From Macrostomum lignano (lineage: Eukaryota), in contig NIVC01002176.1 in the NCBI GenBank assembly GCA_002269645.1, positions 131,910 through 195,909 on the forward strand: 64,000 nt of DNA, read 5' to 3'. Below the pieces are notes generated by a model. It was not told the origin of the DNA. It saw nothing but the letters and a program-made list of their open reading frames with translations, and did no database searches. A program made the translations under genes and the position numbers. Shown piece by piece: positions 53,524 to 64,000 of this stretch. Positions within the stretch are counted from its first letter, which is position 1. Every line of letters starts with the position of its first letter.

Positions 53524-54665
53524 GTGCCCGAATCGGCGAATCTGCAGCAAGCAGCTCGAGATGTCGTTCAATAAGTCTCGAGTTTATCAAGGAACTTGAC
53601 AAAAACAAACTGGCCTATAGAATAGAAATTGTTCTTAACAGACACGCAAAAGTCTCCCAGATACTATTTTAGATCGTACATCAACTTTTTAAAATAATAG
53701 CTAAATCTGCAAGCAAAATTTACATTTTTTAAAAATAATATTTTTATTTAATTTTGAAATCTCTATAGTAAATCCTTTCAGAAAATATAAGTTTAAATAA
53801 AGCTAATAGTTCCCAGAATTTGAACTTCAACTGTCCTCAGCAGCAAATGACTCGTTTGCGTTGTCCTTTCTGTCGGAAATAATAGACGAAGAGAGCCTGC
53901 TAGCATACCCGTTCCCGACGGCTTGGTCCGAAATCGGGCCATAGACAAATTAGACAAAGTTTCTTAGTCTAACTTTGACACCCGTAGACGTCGGGAGCTG
54001 TTAAAGTCAAATGCATTGTCGGCTGATTTTCCATGCAGGAATGGCATTCTTGCACTCTTTTGCGTGCAGAAAGGATGTCTATGGTAAAATCTCACTGAAA
54101 ATGCATTAGGCGCAGAAATGCATTTCTGCACGGTTTTGTGCATTCCTGCACGATGAATATCCGACAATGGAATTCCTTCACGTTCACTCGTGCAGATGTC
54201 ATTCCCGCACTCGTGACCGTACAGGAATCATTCATTCTTATTTGAGCCAGCGTGCGAAAATGAAGGCAGTCGTGCAGAAATTAAATAATCTATAGTCAAA
54301 TCTCCACTGTTTTACACATTTTACATTCCTGGACATCGTGCAGGAATGAAACTCTCCGTTCCTGCACGCAAACAATTTATTAAACAATTTATTTAACAAT
54401 TTATCTACACAGAGAGTGTAGAGGGAGGAAAGAGAGAGGAGGTTAAAAATAAATCGATTTTTGTGCTTTTTTATTTCACGCCGAGATATAAAATTAATTT
54501 AGTGAAAGGGGGAGAATGGCTCTAATAAGAATGAAATTCATGAAATTTCGCGCACTCGTGCTTTTGCCATTGACGCACTCGTAAGCGTTCAAGAATTATA
54601 CTTTCCATGGAGGTCTAGCATAAATTTTCCAAGATCCATTCAAACTAATCTTTTATCAACAAACC

Positions 54666-55743
54666 ATGGAGTCTGGTGCGAGTTCGGATTCAGCTGATTC
54701 GTCTAGCTATTACTCAACTGCTGACGAGGCCGTTGATGAGTTTGAAGATAAGATAGAGAACCCAGGAGTCGAACACGTTGCTGAGTGGCACATGGTTTAA
54801 GCTGACACTGATAATCGACCATCAGCCTTGCCTGAATTCCTCGGTACCCTCGGTGCACGACCTGATTGGCATTCTCCAACTGCTGCGGATGGAAACGAAG
54901 AAGCTTTCCTGAAGCTATTTCTGACGGATCAACTGTTTGAAGATATTAGCCGATGGACCAACGCAAAAGCTTGGAAGATCTTTCAGGAGGCAGAGACTCA
55001 GGATGCTGTACCGAAGCTGGTGTTAAACTGGCGTGATTGCTCCACTAATGAAGCTCGAAAGACGAAAGTTGGTGGGCATTGTGCTGCTCATGGGAGTCGA
55101 CAAGAAGCCAGAAATAGCCAGCTACTGGTCAACCGACCTGATCTTTCACTGTCCGTTTCTTTCCAAGCCTTTCTCTCTATCAAGAGACCGATTTAAGCAG
55201 CTCCTGTGGTGTCTCCGTTTCTACGACTGCTCCGAGGCTTTAGGTGCTGGTCCATTGGCAAAGATGGAGCCCTTTCTCGATCGTGCGAGGCACCTCTGCA
55301 GCAATAACTACATGCCCCAACAGCGACTTTCAATTGATGAGACGCTGGTGCTTTACAAAGGGAGAGTTGCTTTCAAGCAATATATCCCGTCGAAGCGAAG
55401 CAAGTATGGCCTAAAGCTGTACTGCCTCTGCGAGACTAAGAGTTCATATTTATGGAACTTCGTCATACACACGTCTCCTGAGGTTAATCAACAGTTTGGT
55501 GCAGGACTCGGATGTCAAGGCTTGAGTATGAGCGAGAGAGTTGTGGCAGAGCTGTGCCGGGGTCTCCTCCATCTCGGACATCATGTGTTCACTGATAGTT
55601 GGTTTACATCACGCCTGCTGGCCGATTGGTTGCTGCAACACGATACGCTGCTGACCGGGACGGTGCGGAAGAATCGCGGCATTCCCGCTGATTTGCAGGC
55701 TGTCAACATCCACCCAACTTCATCTGCATTCGCACGTTCAGGT
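54666..55743 (+). mobile_element. piggyBac transposase pseudogene (N-terminal part), interrupted by a Copia LTR
   Basis: Acidic N-terminus, FLKLFLTD..WTN, SRDRFKQL, LSIDE..YKGR..KQYIPSKRSKYGLK, VFTDSWFTS, TGTVRKNR. One stop and one frameshift. Confidence 0.9.
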
Positions 55744-55967
55744 TGTTAAAAAAGTAATGTAAATTGTATCTATGCTAATTATAGTAACTCTCGTTAGATT
55801 CCCCAAGTCTTAGAACTTTCTAGAACGATACTGTATAATTTTGTCTATGCCTAAAACTAAAGCTATTAAATCAGCCTCTGGCTTCATCCTCTCTTAACTT
55901 TCCCCTTTTGCTCGTTGACTAAGAAATATACTCGATCAGCTACACTACTGCGTTTGAAAAGCCAACA
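55744..55967 (+). repeat. 5' LTR of the Copia element (224 bp, TGTT...AACA)
   Basis: Begins exactly where the piggyBac frame breaks and ends immediately before the PBS. Confidence 0.8.
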
Positions 55968-55997
55968 GATTATGAGCCCAGCACGCTTCCACTGCGC
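55968..55997 (+). promoter_or_regulatory. Primer-binding site complementary to the 5' half of initiator tRNA-Met
   Basis: GATTATGAGCCCAGCACGCTTCCACTGCGC versus the complement of tRNAiMet nt 10-39, GGTTATGGGCCCAGCACGCTTCC[A/G]CTGCGC (tRNA sequence from memory). Confidence 0.85.
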
Positions 55998-58900
55998 ATA
56001 AGTGGTAGCTGATCCAGAAGCCTCGCTCAGACGGAAAATAGGCTTGTTCTCGACACGAACTTTCCGAAGAAATGGCGGATGATAAGTTTCAAGTCGACAA
56101 GCTGGGAAGCGGAAACTGGACTACCTGGAAGATCCAGATCAAGTTCTGTCTTATAGCGAGGAAGCTCTGGGGAGTCGTCGACGGTTCCGTAATTCTCGCA
56201 GAGGATGCTACTCAGGAGCAAGAAAACGAATTTCGAGAGCAGCAACAGAGAGCTGCTGCAGTGATCGTTCTTTCAATCAAGAAAGAGTTAATCTATCTAA
56301 TAACTTCGTGTGGCGAAGATCCACATCGGATGTGGCAAGCTCTCCAACAGCACTTCGAACGAGAATCAACTGCGAATAAGATCTATTTGAAGAAACAGCT
56401 TTTCCGGCTGCAGATGAGTGAAAGGACCCGCTTACAGGATCATATACGCCATATGAAGGAGCTGACCGACAAACTGGCCTCTATCAACGCACCCGTCAGT
56501 GAAGAGGACCAAGTGGTCATGCTGCTCAGCAGCCTGCCTGAGAGCTACTCTACCTTGGTTACTGCCTTGGAAGCTCGCGGTGATGATCTTACTCTGCAGA
56601 TGGTTCACCAAGCACTCATCAACGAGGAGCAAAAGCGGAGTGAATTAGGTGAGCGAGGGTCTGGTGGTACACAGGGTGGAGAGTCTGCACTGAAGACCCA
56701 AAAAGGCCAAGGTCTGCCACGTCGTGCTGTCTCATTAACTCATTATGCTCCTGCCACATGGCAAGCGTTTCAAGACAGCTGTAACAGATGTACTTCTAGT
56801 GCCTCAGCTGTCGTGCAATCTGTTTAGTGTTCGAGCAGCAGCAGCAAAGGATAAAGTGATACAGTTCGGTCACTCTAAATGCTGGATTCGCAACAAGGAT
56901 GGACTCCTTGTTGGAAAGGGATCTGTTGTTAACAGAATGTACCAGCTTGACTGTGAAGTAAAATTGCCGGCGAACACTGCGGCAGTAGTAAATGCTGATT
57001 CACCAGACACAAGTGCAACTTTATGGCACCAGCGCCTTGGTCATGTCAACGAACACCAGCTAAATCAAATGAGCAAAGACCAACTCGTGAGTGGTATCTC
57101 TAAGTTGCAGACTGCATGTGTAGACTTCTGTGAAGGATGTATCGAGGGCAAAATGCACTGCAAGCCTCATAGGTCGATTTCCGAAATCCGCTCTACCGAT
57201 AGGCTACAACTAATTCACAGCGATATATGCGGTCCTATGCGAACAGAGTCATTTGGTGGAAACAAGTACTTCGTCACCTTTATTGATGACTACTCACGCT
57301 GCGTTAAGGTTTTCTTCATGCGACAAAGGTCAGAAGTGCTTGATAAGTTTAAGAAGTTTGAGGCCATGGTTACAACAGAAACAGGACTCAATATCAAAGC
57401 ACTGCGAACTGACGGCGGCGGAGAGTATGCATCAAGCCAATTTACAAAATTCCTGGAGCAGAAGGGCATTCGGCATGAGACTACCGTGGCTCATACACCT
57501 CAGCAAAATGGTGTTGCCGAACGGATGAATCGCACTCTCGTTGAATCAGCCCGCACAATGATGGCCCATGCTGGAGTAAGCAACCAGTTCTGGGCAGAAG
57601 CAGTAAACACCGCAGCTTATGTGCGAAATAGAGTCGTGACGACTGCTGTTACTCCGCAAATGACGCCGTACTAGCGTTGGTATGGGCGCAAGCCAGACGT
57701 TGGGCACTTTCGTGTTTTCGGCTGCGTAGCCTATGCCCACATACCAGATGTGAAGCGAAAGAAGCTGGACAAGAAGGCTGAAAAGCTACGGTTCGTTGGC
57801 TACAATACGGATGGAAGAAGCTACAGACTGTTTGATGAAAGGTTGAGAAAGACAGTCATCCGCTACGATGTGGTGTTCAACGAGACTGATTTTGGGAGCT
57901 CAAAGAATAGAGCGAGAGACAAGGACGCGAGCTGGTTCAACTTGGAACTTGATGAGCCCAATATGACTGAAGAGACACCAGGTCAAGAACAGGAACAGTC
58001 GGTGTCGACAGAAACTGATCAGAAGCGATACCCTCAACGTGAAAGGAGAGCCCCTGACCGCAATCGGATGCAAATGGATCTTTAAGGTCAAGTATGACGG
58101 TGATGGCAAGGTAGATCGTTTTAAGGGAAGACTTGTAGCCAAGGGCTATTCACAGAAGTTCGGCATTGATTATGAAGAGACCTTCGCGCCAGTTGTAAAA
58201 TTCCCATCAGTTCGTGCAATGTTGGCATTAGCGGCTAAACATGGATTACACGTTCACCAGATGGACGTTGTAACTGCCTTTTTGAACGGCGAATTGTGCG
58301 AAGAAATTTACATGGAGCAGCCACCCGGTTTCGTCAAGCCAGGAGAGGAAGAGCTGGTCTGCAAGTTAAAGAAGTCGCTTTATGGACTTAAGCAAGCGCC
58401 CCGCTGTTGGAACAAAGCCTTTTGCGACTACCTAGCCAGAATTAACTTCGAGGAAAGCTCAGCCGACAGCTGTGTCTTCATTAGGAAAAGGGAGGATCTC
58501 ACGGCCCTAGCTGTGTACGTTGACGACCTAATACTAATTGCGAAGAGTCTGGTGGAAATGCAACAAATCAAGGATGAACTTTCCAAAAGGTTCAAGATGA
58601 AAGACATGGGCGAGTTGCACTACTGCCTAGGTGTCAACATCCAAACAAACAAGGAGGACCGCTGTGTCAAGCTTAATCAGAAGCAGTACATAACCAAACT
58701 GCTTGAACGCTATGGACTTGCAGAGGCGAACCCAGCCTTAACTCCGATGGATCCCAACGTAAAACTAGCCAAATACGACGAGGGCAGCAAGCCAGTTGAC
58801 TCTACAGTTTACCAGTCAATGGTTGGAAGCTTGCTCTATGCAGCAACTGCTACACGTCCAGACATCTCGTATGCAGTGGGAGTTGTCTCCAAGTTCAACA

Positions 58901-60702
58901 ACAAACCAAGAGAGATACATCTAACCGCAGTAAAACGAATCTTCCGATACCTAAAGGGAACAATCGACTTTGGCCTAGAGTACAACTCTAGTGTAGAGAA
59001 CTTGATCGGCTATTCTGATGCAGACTGGGCGAGTGACGTAGATGATCGACATTCCACCTCTGGCATCGTGTTTAAGCTATCTGGTGGCGCTATCAGCTGG
59101 CTTAGCAAGAAGCATTCAACTGTCTCACTCTCGACAACGGAAGCTGAGTACGTTGCGCTGAGCTCTGCAGCACAAGAAGCCATGTGAGTAGAAGGCATGA
59201 GGGGGCTTTTAGGACAAAATTTTTCACGTCCTCCATAATCCCATTAAATCTATCCATATTATCCCTGACAGAATCAGAAAAAAGGTGGGTCGCACTCGCT
59301 CACAAAACATCGTCCATAATCCACCTAAATCCATCCATATTATCCCTGACAGAATCATGAAAAAGGGGAGGGGCCGCACTTGCTCCAAAAACTTCGAACA
59401 TAATCCCATTAAATCTATCCATATTATCCCTGACAGAATCAGAGCATTATCCCTGACAGAATCAGAGCATAACAGGTGTCATATAATCCACTGACATCCA
59501 CCCATAGCATCTTCGAAACAATCAGAAAATAATCTGCATTCTTCTCCCCACATTCAATCCGAAGCGGCGAAACCATATCCCTAAGACTTTAAATCATCAG
59601 CGCAGGGTCCTTACCCTTTGAAAAAATCTAAATTTTCTCTAAAAATGTTTCCAGTTGTCCTCTCCAGGTTCTTATTATACTCAGCCTAATCCATTGTACA
59701 AATCCAAGTACCAATGCAAACTTGAATGCAGCGAATACATGACAAAATATTGGCCCAGCGTTGATATCAATGTCCCTAATATTAATCAAGCTCTCCAAAG
59801 ACACTGGTTTCATAAGTATGGAGTAACCTACGTAAAAGATTACGACAGCTATTATAACTTTTGCAGAAATCATTAAGCAATTGTAATTTTTCCTACATTC
59901 TCTCAATGATCAACGTCAATACGAACTCTTCACCGTTGAAATCAACACCCACTACTAAAAGGAGTACTATATGCTAGACTACTATTTGTAGATAATGAGT
60001 TTTTGTTTGCGACAAATATCCGACAAACTGCCGGATTTTTTTGCTCAACAAAAACTGTCGGAAAACTGCCGGAAAACTGTCGGAAAACTGTCGAAAACCA
60101 CCTCAAATACTGGAAAATGCACTGTCGATGTACGCAGTCTCTATTTGGCGTGTGCAATGCAAATCCCCCTCCCGGTTCTCTCTTCTCCCAAACAGCCGCC
60201 AATCCAGCTGAATTTTCTTACTTGAATCATTCTGCTCTCTCAACCCCCAGCTCTTTCAACAGTCTTCCTAATTCTTTACTTGGTGCGTGCAACGCAAAGC
60301 ACCCCTTCTCCCAAACCAACCCCCAACCCAACTTTGCCTTACTAAAAATAACAGCTCTAACTAGCTTTCGAGCGATCGATTCCTTCCACCCGCTTGAAGC
60401 CCCTATATTGTCTAGTCTCCTAAGCATTTCTTTGTCCCAGCGATTCTTCTCCTTAGGAAAAATCTCTATATTTAACGTCATGCCACATGCAGACAGTCTA
60501 GCTCGTTCACAGGCTCATGCCAGGATGTGGATTATTGTTTTTATCTAACTGTATTTCAAGTGGATTCAAAGGCCCGCAATATTTATAGCCGGGAAGTGTC
60601 CAGCCTTTGTTTTGGATGAGGAAGCTTTTCTATCAGTCCATGTGAATCTATTTTACCACCAGAGCGCTGCATTATTTTATTTAAAATTTTCTTTTTAAAT
60701 AA

Positions 60703-61734
60703 ATGACAGATCAGAACCTTAAAAAACTCTACTACAGCGACAAAGGTTTATTTGTAGGCAAAAATGCCGTTAGTAAACTCATGTTGCTGAGTAAGGAACC
60801 AAAAGCTACAGTAGAAAAATGGCCTTTCTAAGCAGGCTGTCTTTCAAGTCTATTTCCCACCAGTAAAATTGAAAGGCCCCATTTCAGTATTTATAAACCT
60901 AATGAGGCGCACCAAGCAGATCTTCTGTTTCTCCCCAATGACTCGGGCTACAAGTATGCTCTCACAATTACAGACGTTGCTTCCAGATATAAGGAAGCTC
61001 GCCCACTCAAGACGAAGAAGTCAGAGGTTGTTGCCAGCGCACTGCAAGATATTTATAAAAACTCTCCGCTCACATACCCCCAAATTTTATGACCGACCCG
61101 GGTAAGGAATTCATGGGTGCAGTCAAATCCCTTATGGAAAAAAAAATACAGAGATTCGCTATGGCAGAACTGAGCTCCACAGAGACCAGGCTTTTGTGGA
61201 AAGATTCAATCTAACTCTAGCCAAGAGACTATTCACTAAGCAGACAGCGCAAGAACTCAAACTAAAAAGTGGCCAATACTTACCAAGTGGACAGAAAGAC
61301 TCCCCACTGTTATAGAGCAACTGAACAATGAAGTCACGCGCATGACTGGATTGAAACCGTCCCATGCAATTAAACAAGACACTGTCGAACTTAAGGCATC
61401 TCATAGAACAGACAACAACACGACAACCTCACACAACACCACAACACAAAAACACCTCGAACTACCCTAAGCTTCCAGGAGTTGAATCACCATACATACT
61501 GACAAAACTCTGAGTTTCTACGCTTTTTTATCTACTGGAGAGCTAGAGAAGGACACCAAAAGAAGAGCTACAGATCCATACTTCAGCCTTGATGTACATA
61601 AAATAGACAGACATTTTACCTCCGACTCCGGTGACTATTACTTTTTATCTCAGGCCTTTAACCCTAAATCCCCCACGCGGTCATTCACTAGAGCTGAACT
61701 CCTAGTGATACCAGCTGACACAGAAATTAATTAA
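60703..61734 (+). pseudogene. Polinton c-type (rve) integrase, multiple frameshifts
   Basis: LKKLYY..KW.SKQ..HQADLLFL..YKYALTITDVASRYK..PLKTK..TDPGKEF..FVERFN..RMTGLKP..RSFTRAELLVIP. Confidence 0.9.
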
Positions 61735-61752
61735 AATATTAAAATAAAAAAA

Positions 61753-62195
61753 ATGACAAAGATTGAAACCAGAACCATCAATAAACTCAATAAAATCATT
61801 GAATCAAAGAAACCAGGTCTTATATCAATTAAAGGTGCCAAAGTAAAAATCGATCCACACAGCAATAGTTCAATGTAATGAGCAAAGACACAGCATCACA
61901 GATGAAAAGTCAGGAGGAATCCTACCATTAGCAGCTCTTATCCCAATCATTGCAGGCGCTGTAAGTGCCGCAGGTGGTGTACTGGAGGTGTAGCAACTGC
62001 TGTTAAGCTGGTAATGACAGAGCCCACAGCTAGAATTACAAAAGATTGCAAGAGACAAAGGTATAACAATTAAGGCAGGAGAGGGCTGCCCCGATCGTGA
62101 TGATTGTGAGCATGAAAATTCTGTAAGCAAAGTCTGACATTGTCAAAGCCATCATGACACTGCACAATGCTGGGTTTACAATAATGCGCATGTGA
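61753..62195 (+). pseudogene. Polinton small virion protein with an adenovirus pX-like GG|ILP hydrophobic segment, frameshifted
   Basis: KSGGILPLAALIPIIAGAVSAAGGV from 61907; compare adenovirus pX RGGILPLLIPLIAAAIGAVPG (from memory). Confidence 0.6.
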
Positions 62196-62336
62196 ATGTG
62201 AATGTGAAAGTGATGAGGTTTAAAACCCCACTTTATCCAGCTTCATTAACTAGCGCTACTATATAGGATGTAGAAACAGTTCAACTTTTCTATCAGGGTG
62301 GTCACCCTCAAATTTTTTTTTATTTTAGAGAAAAAA

Positions 62337-64000
62337 ATGCCAAAAGCTAATCCAGCAAAAGATTTAGTCAACAAATATTTTTCGTCTCATTTACCCTACC
62401 TACAACCTTAAAAGCGTCTCATTTCAAGACAAAGTAATTTACTAAGAGAAGATGTAAACAAAAGTTTAACACCGACCCTGGTCACCTGGGAAGCTATGAA
62501 AAACAGCTGGAAATCATCAATCAATTAGAATTCAACCAGTATGCGCCTATAAAAAATCCTGCAAAGGAACACCAAGAGAGGAGTCGCAACTTAGTTAACA
62601 AATACGAAACTCTCACTGGTGAAAAGCAAAGTACCCACAGAATAAGCAGGAACAAAGAGAAATTAGAGCAATTAATCCATTTAAAAGAGTCGGAGCTTGC
62701 CATTGAGAGATTAATTTTGCACAGAGGAAGTTTACAGAACATTACATAGAGTACACAATCCCAATTAAGGATACCTTCGCAAACATCTACGACTATAAAG
62801 ACAGCATCCAATCAGTTGTTGATCACACACTCAAACACGCAAGACCTTTAAACTACAGATATCATTCAAGATTGCGTTTTATATGCCTGCGAAACCCACT
62901 GAGCATCTCGAGTATTACATGACAACAAAGGCAAAGCCATTCACCCCAACAGACACACTGGATCCTTTCCTTCAAGATGTCAATAAGAAAATTGAAGCGT
63001 TTACATCCAGAGGTTCCAGATGGGTCGTGGGAGGGATTCAAAGAGCGACTGTCATGGTCATGAAATATGACCCACTTAAAGCCTCCTCTTATATAGAGCT
63101 CCCGCAAAAGCTAGCCGGCAAAAAAGCTTGCATAAATGTTAAAAATAAAGACAATTGCTGTGCTCTATGGGCAGTTCTTTCTGCACTTATTTATGATAGT
63201 GTACCTCACCACCCCGAAAGAACCTCAAATTATCAAAATTATTTCAACTACTATCTCATCGAATGCGAAAGAAGGGAATCAGGTTTGACAAAGGAGGCTT
63301 GGCGATCTCTCAGATCCCAAAGCTAGAAGAAGTGTTAATAACAAAAAGAATCGCAGTCTTTGAGTGGAGTGAAAAAACTGAGAAAGTTCAACCGGTCAGA
63401 TGTAGCAAAGACGTTTTTAGATCCTGAGGGAAAAGGCGGACTGAAGTGGATCTTCTAGTGATTGGTAATTTACTAGAGGAGGCTCACTATGTTTGGATTA
63501 AAGATCTTTCAAGACTCATTCACAAGCAGTTGAATAATCATCACGGGCTGTTGCCATCTGCCGCTTGTGCCTTAAGCATTACAGTGGACCTGAACGCTTG
63601 AAAAACTAGCAAGCATGAATTATCATGCGAGGATCACCCAACAAACTGCTCTCTTCCTTCAGCTGAAAGAGAAGTATCTCCGGTTTAAGAACTATCACAA
63701 GATGGAGAAGCTCCATTTGTTGTATATGCTGATTTCGAATGCTCAATCATGCCAGGACTCAAAACAAACTCAAACACCAAAAGCAACTCAAACACAAAAA
63801 CAAACTCAAACACAAAAACATTCCCCAATTCAGTAGCATATGCCTTTATTAATACAAAAGGACTTGTTGAGTATAATTATTTCTTTGGAGCAGCAGTGTG
63901 TGGAGCAGTTTATTGCCAGAATGTTAGAGTTGCAAAAAGTGATTAGCACCCTTCAACCTGTTTCCAATAAGTATGTCTGAGGAGGAATGAAAGCAATTTC
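62337..64000 (+). pseudogene. Protein-primed family-B DNA polymerase (pPolB), N-terminal region, frameshifted, truncated by the window
   Basis: SRGSRW..KYDPLKASSYIELP..KKACINVKNKD.CC.LWAVLSAL, VDLLVI..HYVWIKDLSRL, C..CL..L..H, FKN..K..PFVVYADFEC. Confidence 0.88.

Larger units (their letters stand above)
55744..59186 (+). mobile_element. Ty1/Copia LTR retrotransposon, defective (gag, partial protease, integrase, RT, start of RNase H)
   Basis: Gag KLGSGNWTTWK; LWHQRLGH..C..C; LIHSDICGP, FIDDYSR, LRTDGGGEY, PQQNGVAERMNR; RT HQMDVVTAFLNG, YGLKQA, YVDDL; RH GYSDADW. The CCHC knuckle and protease active site are deleted near 56720, there is a TAG at 57672 and a deletion near 58060. Confidence 0.95.
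59187..64000 (+). mobile_element. Left part of a Polinton/Maverick (adintovirus-like) element, decayed, continuing past the window
   Basis: Starts AGTAG exactly at the Copia breakpoint. Subterminal 81-84-bp repeats (59234, 59315, 59399) and 12-bp repeats near 60055; then integrase, a pX-like gene and protein-primed PolB in sequence. Confidence 0.85.

Noticed and set aside
53940-54660. Left terminus of the piggyBac element
   Set aside because: Repeated CGTGCAG motifs suggest a subterminal region, but no convincing TTAA-CCC end was found, so the boundary is not annotated.

Overview
Eukaryotic (metazoan invertebrate) genomic DNA that is rich in introns, satellites and transposons. The gene families and repeat style would fit a flatworm such as Macrostomum, but the species is an inference. 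Host genes are a cluster of six secreted PAN/Apple + fibrinogen-related-domain (FReD) lectin-like genes, an intronless MATH-BTB gene, a small secreted single-LamG gene and an orphan CC2D1/Lgd-like terminal exon. The lectin cluster comprises a head-to-head PAN-PAN-FReD pair at 1.3-10 kb (one a pseudogene) and four tandem PAN-FReD paralogues at 27-53.5 kb. The paralogues share a near-identical FReD core but have hypervariable ligand-binding loops. Mobile DNA includes a LINE endonuclease remnant, a DIRS-type tyrosine-recombinase element, two hAT MITEs with intact 8-bp TSDs and a MITE-derived satellite with higher-order structure. It also includes a tRNA/CORE-type SINE, a Harbinger>P-like>hAT nest and a piggyBac>Copia>Polinton/Maverick nest that runs off the right edge. 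About 13 kb is tandem repeat. All gene models were assembled by hand from GT-AG signals with frame checks and no database search was run. Single-base frameshifts may be assembly errors.
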